DNA of 32,000 nucleotides from Desulfotalea psychrophila LSv54 (GTDB lineage Bacteria; Desulfobacterota; Desulfobulbia; Desulfobulbales; Desulfocapsaceae): NCBI RefSeq assembly GCF_000025945.1, contig NC_006139.1, positions 30,001 to 62,000 of the forward strand, read 5' to 3'. Shown piece by piece: positions 1 to 6,603 of this stretch (position 1 is its first letter; each line of letters starts with the position of its first letter). The notes under the pieces were generated by a model. It saw only the letters and a program-made list of their open reading frames with translations, ran no database searches and was not told where the DNA came from. The position numbers and the translations under genes were made by a program.

Positions 1-1
1 C

Positions 2-739
2 ACAGATGAAAGATATTATAAATTATTTTCAATTCTTGGGTTGTCAGCTGTTTATTATCCGGTAATCACACAATTAGAAAACAGTGGGTTTCTTGGAATG
101 AATTTACCGTCTAAATCGATCACCGTAGTGGAAATGGTTGAAATTATAGATGTTCGTGTATTCAAGGTACGCGATTATGCTGGTAAAAAACGTGTTGCAG
201 AATTCGCATATAATTTAATTCATGAAAAATGGAAAATAGAGGACATCGAAGAACACTTATTATGGTTTAATTCTTTTGAAATCAGCAATGATAGATTCAA
301 GGATTATCTATCAGACTATGACTACTATAAGCAAACAGGATTATTAAGGTTACTATTCCTTGATTATTGCGAAAGGTTAAATAAAAAGCAGTATTCACTG
401 ATTGAGTTACAAAAAATAATGGGCAATGATCCAACCATTGAGCATATTTTATCCCAAACGCCCAAATTTAAGCCTCGAAGTTTCGGGTTTAAAAACGGTG
501 AAGATTTTGATGAATATAAAAATATGATCGGTAATTTATCTTTGCTTGAGAAAAAAATTAATAGTTCTATTAAAAATTCAGATTTATCAGACAAGGTAAA
601 TGGATATAGTAAGAGTAAATTCAAAATGACTCAACAATTAGCTACCCTATTATCTCAAACAAAATCGTTCAAAAAGAAAACCCTTAGAGAACGAAGTGTA
701 TTATTGGTTGAAGATTTTGCGACACGTTGGTGGGCATAA
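2..739 (+). CDS. C-terminal part of a DUF262/DUF1524 (GmrSD-like, His-Me finger nuclease) protein; 5' end outside the window
   Basis: The frame is open from nt 2, with no stop before the listed TTG at 41. The translation carries the DUF1524-type His-Me finger pattern 'TIEHILSQTP' ... 'NMIGNLSLLEKKINSSIKNSD'. Stop TAA at 737-739. Confidence 0.65.
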   Translation, partial: TDERYYKLFSILGLSAVYYPVITQLENSGFLGMNLPSKSITVVEMVEIIDVRVFKVRDYAGKKRVAEFAYNLIHEKWKIEDIEEHLLWFNSFEISNDRFKDYLSDYDYYKQTGLLRLLFLDYCERLNKKQYSLIELQKIMGNDPTIEHILSQTPKFKPRSFGFKNGEDFDEYKNMIGNLSLLEKKINSSIKNSDLSDKVNGYSKSKFKMTQQLATLLSQTKSFKKKTLRERSVLLVEDFATRWWA

Positions 740-742
740 ACT

Positions 743-869
743 ACATAACAAGTCAATACAGCGGAAAATCAGGGATTGGTCCTATCGAAATATCTTTGTT
801 AATTTCGAATATGTTATTTCAAGACTGTTCATCCTGCCCCCTGTTTTCCACTGATTTCAAACGTTGCCG
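743..869 (+). repeat. attC-like imperfect palindrome (plus-strand orientation) directly after the DUF1524 gene; its 3' box abuts the IS-derived element
   Basis: It starts ACATAAC (743-749), 4 nt after the stop, and ends GTTGCCG (863-869). The arms AATACAGCGG / CCACTGATT are partly complementary. It is homologous to the minus-strand repeats at 4276-4394, 5310-5439 and 5870-5984 (shared TAACAA..TCAA..CGGAAAAT and CCACT.AT..C..CGTT blocks). Confidence 0.4.
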
Positions 870-1230
870 GGCCTTGTTGCATAAATCATGAGAGAAGGAA
901 ATCAGTTTCTCTCTGCTCCATTCCATATTAGCAAACAACCCCTCGAACAGACATCCCTCTTGTTCAAAGCCTTGATCGCAGCCCTACCTGCTTGAACACT
1001 CCCTGTACTTGGCTACGGTCACGCTGTCCCGATGGTGTCGTGCTGTACCAACTTTCAATCGCTTTCTTGTCCACCCAAAACGTCAACGCCGTTGTTTCAG
1101 CACTCTATTATATTCTGGCCAATTTTTGATCTTTCCCCTGCGCTCTCTCATAACTCTCCCAATGTTTTCTGTGTGTTACAAGAAAACATCATCGAGCAAT
1201 GCTAGCAACTTCTATTTGTGCAACAAGGCC
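870..1230 (-). mobile_element. 361-bp internally deleted (MITE-like) derivative of the IS903-group (IS5 family) element found intact-length at 21416-22450
   Basis: Termini are GGCCTTGTTGCATAAATCATG (870-890) and CTATTTGTGCAACAAGGCC (1212-1230), the same inverted repeats as the 1035-bp copy. About 225 bp of the left end are fused to about 130 bp of the right end, with the junction near 994-1003. The first ~100 nt are almost identical to 21416-21515. The flanks (acgttgccg / actggatat) show no direct repeat. Confidence 0.8.
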
Positions 1231-1239
1231 ACTGGATAT

Positions 1240-1421
1240 CAATCAAAAACGAGTGATAACCGGAAACTGGATATCACTACATGATCCAAATTCCTCACAC
1301 TCTCTCTCATAGATCAATTTATGCCCTTGTACAGAGGGGAGTATCACAAGGGGATCGTGATGCTAATCTGTTGTTCATCCACTTCGCAGATAAGTTTTAT
1401 GTCTGCAACGATTTGTTATGC
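1240..1421 (-). repeat. attC-like repeat variant (longer, carries the shared module 1265-1340)
   Basis: On the minus strand GCATAAC (1421-1415) lies 3 nt after the TAA of the HNH-tail fragment. The 3' half CCGGTTATCACTCGTTTTTGA (about 1262-1242) matches the L'/R' half of the other copies (CCGGTTATCATAAACC..., GTCGGTTATTTGCGAC...). The limits are uncertain. Confidence 0.3.
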
Positions 1422-1424
1422 GTA

Positions 1425-1545
1425 TTACGCACCGGACACCTGAAGCCTGGCAATCTTCGCCCGTAGATTCTTTGCCAGTTCCTTTTTGCCCGTACCATAG
1501 TGCAGTTCGCGGTGACAATTGGGGCAAAGTGCTCACGTATGGTCT
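1425..1545 (-). pseudogene. C-terminal remnant of an HNH/His-Me finger nuclease gene
   Basis: Minus-strand translation is '..CPNCHRELHYGTGKKELAKNLRAKIARLQVSGA*'. The CPNCHR..H pattern is typical of HNH tails. No upstream coding continuation exists in this frame; it is fused to the Fic fragment near 1545. Confidence 0.4.
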
Positions 1546-1738
1546 TGCCACCAACAGTAATACCTTCTAGAGCAACTTTAGTCTCTTTTAAGGTCAGGGT
1601 ATTTCCTTCAATGGCGTTGGAGTTGTAGGTCCAGCGCAGAACAAGATCTTCGTGCAGGTTCGAGACTACCTCGGCAGGCAGAGGGCGATAGGAATCGAGG
1701 GTTTTTTTTTAATAATCCAGTTGTGTATAGTCGCTCAT
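1546..1738 (-). pseudogene. N-terminal remnant of a Fic/DOC family gene, frameshifted in a T9 run and truncated
   Basis: ATG at 1738-1736 gives 'MSDYTQLDY'. After the homopolymer at 1702-1710 another frame reads 'KKKTLDSYRPLPAEVVSNLHEDLVLRWTYNSNAIEGNTLTLKETKVALEGITVGGKTIREHF'. This is the conserved Fic N-terminal 'YNSNAIEGNTLTL.ET' block. Similarity stops near 1546, before the HxFx(D/E)GNGR core. Confidence 0.55.
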
Positions 1739-2285
1739 TGTTTTCTTTGACGTTAAATTATGGCAGTTTTACTGCCTTTACGGCGTTTTAAGTAGATTGC
1801 ATGGTAACAGCAAGCTTGTCTCCCTGGCAATGTTTTTTGAATACAGGCGAGACTTGTTTGTTGCGGGGAGGGTCACTACATAATGGAGGGTAGAATTAGT
1901 ACGAGATTGGCCCCACAAGGTTTTAATTGTCGTTAACTCTCTCTGTATATGTTTTTTAGTGAAAATCTTATTGCGTTCGCTTGAGCTCCGCATTGTCAGT
2001 AAGTCTCATGCTATCCTCCTAGTTCATGCACTTTAAAATTACGTACCAGCCATCACAAGCTGGCTTGCCATCCATATGGGGATCTGATCTGGGCAGTGAC
2101 TCTATCAGCAATAGGATCGGTCAAAAAAATAAGATGCCTTTTTGTACTTGAAATCGTTAGGATTTGTTGATAGTATTGAAGGTATGTTAGGTTTTGCGTA
2201 GGAGGAACGGGTTGACGAAAACACGAAATAACAGTATCTTCCTTGACCTCTGCTTTTTTTTAGCATTCAATATAGAAAGGTTGTT

Positions 2286-3351
2286 ATGTCTTTTAGAGAT
2301 CAAAATATAACGATAGGGCAGATTGAAGATCACCTTCAATTATTGTCTAAAAAAGGTCAGACAAACAAATGTGTCAATAAGGGGCGAAACGTCCATTGCT
2401 CTTTTTTGGACGAGAATGGTTACGAAAAGTGCTTGTTGATTTTTTATCCTAAGAAATTTGGCATAACTACAATTCAATTTTCTTGTGGAAAGAACAAAGA
2501 ATTATCTTGTGAAAAAGCAAAACAAATTATAAATAATTTTGACGTATCTTCTGCTAAATCTGTGAATTGCACTTTTAAAGGTCTTTTAGAAGAAGAATTT
2601 GGTATTTTTGAAGAATATGTAATAGAAGAATTACCAGATATATCTTCAAAAATACAAAAAGATGACAAAACAAAAAAAACAATATCTTACTCAGGAAAAT
2701 ACTCAGATACTGTCACCGTAACATTTTATAAAACAACGGGGACAACTCTTTTACAAGGTCGTCCTTTGCCTGCTTTTTTTGAAATAAAAGCACTGTTTGC
2801 AGGTATAGTGGAAAGTGAACAGCTGATTAGTAGTGATAAAGAAAATTTTAGTATTAAGGTTCCTGAAACAGGCTTTTTACCAAAATTAGAAGGGTACATG
2901 CCCAATGCATTTAGCTTTCTTGATGCAAAAATAAAAGATATTATCGTTCCCTCTTTATTTTTTGGGGAGATTGATTGTTGATCTTCCTGATTATACTTCA
3001 TGGGTTTTCCCCGCCCTTAGAGGACTAGAAGGTTACATGAAGCAGTTATTGTTTAAATATTATCAAGATGATTTTTGTGCTAAAAGAATTGGGAAAATTT
3101 TCGAGACAAAAGATGGTGGCAGTACTTATTCTTTAAATTATGGTATTTCTGCAGGCATTGGTCGTAAAGAAGTTATTGTTGCCTTGGAGGAATCGTATAA
3201 ATTTTGGAACGTTTACAGACACCCGTATTTTCATGTTGATGATGTAATACGCACATCAACGATTATTCCTACTAAAGAAGAAGCTATTTCTCTAAATGTA
3301 GAAATATTTGCGCTAATTGAAAGGACATACTCAGAAATAATAAGATGCTAA
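2286..3351 (+). pseudogene. rnlA: RnlA/LsoA-family (RNase LS) toxin gene split by one frameshift at a T6G4 homopolymer (about 2958-2967)
   Basis: ORFs 2286-2981 and 2962-3351 sum to about 355 aa; E. coli RnlA is 357 aa. Blocks I recognise from RnlA: 'VTVTFYKTTGTTLLQGRPL' (cf. LTVSLHITTGKLQIQGRPL), 'VDLPDYTSWVFPALRGLEGYMKQ' (cf. PDLPDYCMLLYPELRTIEGVLKS), and 'YKFWNVYRHPYFHVDDV' (cf. YTFFNVERHSLFHMETV, the HEPN-type Rx4H motif). The second frame is open only from 2935, so the shift lies between 2935 and 2981. Confidence 0.75.
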
Positions 3352-3716
3352 TCTCTAATTACAAAATATATCATCAAGAACGCTTGAATAGTGTTGTTGT
3401 GTATTCAACGAGTAGCTATAGCCCTATGAATTCACTTGGTGCCCTTGAACGGGAGCTAGGTCAATTGGGGGCTCGCTGCGAAGTTGTGTTTGATTTATTG
3501 TTGTCTAATGGGAATGCGAAGGACAGATTTTATCGTATTGATTTTATGGGCAAGAGGTTTGATAGAAAATCTTTAGAAATACTAGAAAATCCTTCCCGAG
3601 AGCTTCAAAAAAAAGCGTTAGATTTTTATTCAACTAATCATGAGTTATTAGATAATTCTATTCTTTCGAAACCGTTAAAATTTTTAGTGAAAAAGAAAGC
3701 TCTTCGTATGAGGTAA
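3345..3716 (+). CDS. rnlB: RnlB-like antitoxin (by position and size)
   Basis: It is 123 aa, the same length as E. coli RnlB. Its start overlaps the rnlA stop (ATGCTAA, 3345-3351). The call rests mainly on synteny; I cannot verify sequence similarity by eye. Confidence 0.5.
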   Translation: MLISNYKIYHQERLNSVVVYSTSSYSPMNSLGALERELGQLGARCEVVFDLLLSNGNAKDRFYRIDFMGKRFDRKSLEILENPSRELQKKALDFYSTNHELLDNSILSKPLKFLVKKKALRMR

Positions 3717-3720
3717 TGTA

Positions 3721-4260
3721 TTAAATATTGTTTGAAACGTGCTCATATATCGCTAAACGCCAATCGATTAAATATGGCAAGCACTTAGTTAATAACAACG
3801 AGTCTTCGTTACATAAATCTGCTAGTAGATCAAATAAAGGATAACTTGCAGATTCTCTTCCGTGAAGCAATTTGTCAACAGTGTTCTGTGAGCGAGAACC
3901 TAGCTCAGAAAGCCAGATGTGCCACTCTGGAGAATGTTTCCAATAATTAGCTGCAGAATGAATAAGCTGTGCAACAGCGACACCATTTGAACTTTTTGGG
4001 CCTAATTCCCTCGCTAAACCTGCATCAAGTTTAATATCCATTAGAGTGTCAAATAAATATCTCTGCATAGCACAGAATCCTACACCTATAAAATATTCGC
4101 CTTTATCACACAAACACTCAACATCCTGAATGCCTGCTGAGTTTATTTTATTGGTTACGCTCAGGAGTGAAGTATCAATAGAGTTAAGTAGCTCTTCTAG
4201 ATATGACATTTCAGCATCGGCAAACTCTATATTTTCTCCATTCCTAAATACGACAAACAT
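3721..4260 (-). CDS. hypothetical protein (179 aa), cassette ORF
   Basis: Start moved to the internal ATG at 4260 (MFVVFRNGENIEF..). It has an AAGAGG Shine-Dalgarno 6 nt upstream, and the longer listed ORF (to 4365) would run through the attC-like repeat. No family recognised. Convergent with rnlB, with only 4 nt between the stops. Confidence 0.55.
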   Translation of the reverse strand: MFVVFRNGENIEFADAEMSYLEELLNSIDTSLLSVTNKINSAGIQDVECLCDKGEYFIGVGFCAMQRYLFDTLMDIKLDAGLARELGPKSSNGVAVAQLIHSAANYWKHSPEWHIWLSELGSRSQNTVDKLLHGRESASYPLFDLLADLCNEDSLLLTKCLPYLIDWRLAIYEHVSNNI

Positions 4261-4275
4261 GGACAGCCTCTTAAT

Positions 4276-4394
4276 GCATAAAGGTTTATGATAACCGGCA
4301 GCGACTTGAAGTTTTTGGACAACACCGCAATTTATATTTTGTTTTTCAATTTTGCACAGACGCATTTTCCGTCCGGTTGATTAGTTTGTTAGCT
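4276..4394 (-). repeat. attC-like imperfect palindrome (degenerate 3' box)
   Basis: On the minus strand AGCTAAC (4394-4388) contains the TAA stop (4391-4389) of ORF 4389-5288. The element ends ..GCTGCCGGTTATCATAAACCTTTATGC (R' reads TTTATGC, not GTT...). It is homologous over its whole length to 5870-5984. Confidence 0.45.
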
Positions 4395-5288
4395 GCGCTT
4401 TTTATGAAGGACAGAAAAAGCCTCTTTGTTTATTTTCCTATTGCCGAGTAAAGTGACTAATGCAGTAAAATTGAAACCTACAATAGGGGAAAGAAGTTGT
4501 CCCCTAAGCCCCCCTATCACTCCACTGATGTAGCTTTGATTGTTCTCATAGGCAGTATTAAATTCTAGACACTCAGCAACGTTTACTGATGCTACAAATT
4601 CTTGCAGTAGGTTTGGGGTGTTAGGGTCGATATAGGGTACAAATACCCACATTTTATCTGTAGTGCTGTTAAAAGATTCAATTGCTAGTTGTAGACTTTT
4701 GCTTGCTCCCCATTCACCCATGAGGAATGCAAAATGCTTACTTGCAATTCGGTGAGAACTGATTGTTAAAGCACTGAGCCTGTCTTGGGTTTTTATGAAT
4801 TTCGGGAGGCCACCCATGATGTATTGAACTTTAAAAATAGTATCCTGGGTGGCCCCTTTTTTCTGTATTTCATTTATTGCTGTAATGATCGACGTAATAA
4901 AGATATTTGCATCTGTAAGTAGGGTGCCTGACTCTGAAAAAAACTCTTCGATTTCTGATGCAATGTTGAATTTCGCCTGAGCTTTCATTTGTTGCTTCCA
5001 GTTTGCAGTAGCAGTGTGGAAGGCAATTAAAAAGCCTGTAATCGTTAAAAGTGAAGAGGATACGGCAATTTTATATTCAGCAGGTAAAGCTATGGTCCAG
5101 TTTAGTAATTCTGAAGTTGTAAGCGGCTTGATTGTTGAAAAATAGTCAAGCGCCATATATGCAGTTACGAACGTAATGAAAATACCAAGAAGTGTTGAAA
5201 ATAGGAATTTCCAAATAAATCCAGCAATAGTAATTGCATACAGAATTTTGGTCGATAACCATGGTGGCATTTTGATAAATCTTTGCAA
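4389..5288 (-). CDS. hypothetical membrane protein (299 aa; about three N-terminal TM helices plus a ~200-aa soluble domain), cassette ORF
   Basis: Long ORF with hydrophobic N-terminal stretches (ILYAITIAGFIWKFLFSTLLGIFITFVTAYMAL; IAVSSSLLTITGFLIAFHTA). TTG start at 5288 with GGAG 7 nt upstream, 22 nt after the attC-like 3' box. No family recognised. Confidence 0.6.
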   Translation of the reverse strand: MQRFIKMPPWLSTKILYAITIAGFIWKFLFSTLLGIFITFVTAYMALDYFSTIKPLTTSELLNWTIALPAEYKIAVSSSLLTITGFLIAFHTATANWKQQMKAQAKFNIASEIEEFFSESGTLLTDANIFITSIITAINEIQKKGATQDTIFKVQYIMGGLPKFIKTQDRLSALTISSHRIASKHFAFLMGEWGASKSLQLAIESFNSTTDKMWVFVPYIDPNTPNLLQEFVASVNVAECLEFNTAYENNQSYISGVIGGLRGQLLSPIVGFNFTALVTLLGNRKINKEAFSVLHKKRS

Positions 5289-5309
5289 TTTAAAGCTCCA
5301 TATTTTTGC

Positions 5310-5439
5310 AGTTAACGTCGCAAATAACCGACTGGCGGGAATGGCCGAAACCGATTAAAAAGTTAATAATGTTTGTAAAACCAGGGTGTTTCAAAAAGCG
5401 CCGCTGTAAGCCAGTCCGAGTTGATTTGCCTTGTTAGCG
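5310..5439 (-). repeat. attC-like imperfect palindrome (best-formed copy)
   Basis: The minus strand reads 5'-CGCTAAC AAGG CAAATCAACTCGGACTGGC ... GCCAGTCGGTTATTTG CGAC GTTAACT-3'. Complementary pairs are GACTGGC/GCCAGTC, CAAAT/ATTTG and TAAC/GTTA. The spacer is non-complementary (AAGG vs CGAC) and the inner arm has bulged bases. The TAA stop of ORF 5434-5733 sits inside the first box. Confidence 0.55.
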
Positions 5440-5733
5440 GTTCCGCAAATGAGTCCAAAAAATTCGAAATGGTGATAGCGACCAAGTATAAATAGAAGAC
5501 GCAATTAGCGAATATAGGGGAATGCTGATTAGAACTATTACACAGTAACTTACCAAGTACGCATACCAACCTGAATTTTTCCACCAAAAATCAGGATTTT
5601 TCGTACTGGCTGGCATCCAACCTTCACCAAGAGAAATTACTATTGATATATGGATTGAATATAATAGTATTAAAAACAACAAAAATGAGACTATACAAAG
5701 AGCCAACTTGAATGATTTTGCAAAAATGGACAT
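5434..5733 (-). CDS. hypothetical small membrane protein (99 aa), cassette ORF
   Basis: ORF with 2-3 hydrophobic helices (LALCIVSFLLFLILLYSIHISIVISL; YAYLVSYCVIVLISIPLYSLIASSI). Its stop is embedded in the attC-like box. Preferred over the overlapping 5363-5587 ORF, which crosses the repeat. Confidence 0.5.
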   Translation of the reverse strand: MSIFAKSFKLALCIVSFLLFLILLYSIHISIVISLGEGWMPASTKNPDFWWKNSGWYAYLVSYCVIVLISIPLYSLIASSIYTWSLSPFRIFWTHLRNR

Positions 5734-5739
5734 GGTAGC

Positions 5740-5853
5740 TTACGAAACACTTTGATCAGTTTCCTTATAAAGGCTCCAACTTACAACCCCTGTAACACCA
5801 AATATGGTCATAATTCCCAAGATGATTGATATTACATTAGCAAAGTTATCCAT
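5740..5853 (-). CDS. possible 37-aa membrane peptide (MDNFANVISIILGIMTIFGVTGVVSWSLYKETDQSVS), first gene of the same cassette
   Basis: Not in the ORF track because it is under 60 aa; translated by hand. AGGAAA lies 7 nt upstream of the ATG (5853-5851). The TAA stop is 6 nt before the ATG of the 99-aa ORF. One clear hydrophobic helix. Confidence 0.3.
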   Translation of the reverse strand: MDNFANVISIILGIMTIFGVTGVVSWSLYKETDQSVS

Positions 5854-5869
5854 ATAATTTTCCTAAGAG

Positions 5870-5984
5870 CGCTAACGGTCGTGATAAGTGGCGGCGACGC
5901 GAAGCTGCGTGACACACCGCAATTTGGTTTTGCTTTTCAATTTAAAGCAGATGTATTTACCGTCCGGTTGATTGCGTTGTTAGG
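5870..5984 (-). repeat. attC-like imperfect palindrome
   Basis: On the minus strand GCCTAAC (5984-5978, a perfect RYYYAAC) contains the TAA stop of ORF 5980-6579. The element ends CCGCCACTTATCACGACC GTTAGCG (5876-5870). Confidence 0.5.
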
Positions 5985-6579
5985 CGTTTTCTTTTTCTTC
6001 TGGTAATGGAACGTCAGTTTCAAGGCCAGAAATTGTTGGTAGTTTTACACATTCAACAAGAGTTACCCCGGCATTTGTTATTTCTTTCCAGTTTTGTTTT
6101 GTTAGCGTAGCGTCTTTTGACTCACTTATTGCTCGATGGTTTCCTGCGCTCATATATGCGGTGCAAAATGCATTTCTTGCCTCTGGTTCTAAATAAAGAC
6201 AGTTGTTACCCCACCATTCTTGACATTCCATAACTACCGCATCAATTTTCTCTTTATTCCAAACATGCAGAATAAGATTTCGCCATAGTGCATAGGCTTC
6301 TTGGTGGGCTTTCAATCTTTTTTCCAGCGCGGCCATTCTTAGTTGCTGCCGCCAACCAGCTTGTTCAAGAATGGCTTTATTTTGGTGTGAAATTTCTTCT
6401 AATTTTTGAAGATACTGAGTACGAACATTTTCAACTTGATGAGTAATTTCTCCAATATCTTCTTTGGTAGCTAAATTTTTTCCTTTTTCCGAAGAATATG
6501 ATTTCAAAAAAAACACGAAGATGATCCCAAGAATTCCAAGAAGCTCAAATATATGAAAAACAATTTCACCTTGTGTCAT
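5980..6579 (-). CDS. hypothetical protein (199 aa; N-terminal TM helix, coiled-coil segment, Cys/Trp-containing C-terminal domain), cassette ORF
   Basis: ATG at 6579 with AAGG 7 nt upstream. 'IVFHIFELLGILGIIFVFFL' is a TM helix, and 'QVENVRTQYLQKLEEISHQNKAILEQAGWRQQLRMAALEKRLKAHQEAYALW' is heptad-like. No family recognised. Confidence 0.55.
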   Translation of the reverse strand: MTQGEIVFHIFELLGILGIIFVFFLKSYSSEKGKNLATKEDIGEITHQVENVRTQYLQKLEEISHQNKAILEQAGWRQQLRMAALEKRLKAHQEAYALWRNLILHVWNKEKIDAVVMECQEWWGNNCLYLEPEARNAFCTAYMSAGNHRAISESKDATLTKQNWKEITNAGVTLVECVKLPTISGLETDVPLPEEKENA

Positions 6580-6603
6580 TGTTGTACCTTTTTAAATTTG
6601 GAT

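Noticed and set aside
1009-1466. ORFs 1009-1284 and 1281-1466, and the similar 21341-21583 (shared peptide LLYSGQFLIFPLRSLITLPMFSVCYKKTSSSNASNFYLCNKA).
   Set aside because: The shared peptide is the antisense reading of the IS903-group left end, upstream of and across the transposase start. It is not a conserved gene.
1778-2019. 71-aa minus-strand ORF 1778-1993, and a strong SD+ATG (AGGAGG-6 nt-ATG at 2019-2017) that opens only a 13-codon frame (MRLTDNAELKRTQ*).
   Set aside because: This is probably the decayed 5' end of another gene upstream of the Fic remnant. No frame gives a recognisable protein, so no call is made.
5176-5587. ORFs 5176-5358 (+) and 5363-5587 (-).
   Set aside because: Both cross the attC-like repeat at 5310-5439 or overlap better-supported cassette ORFs in other frames. 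Neither has a start context.
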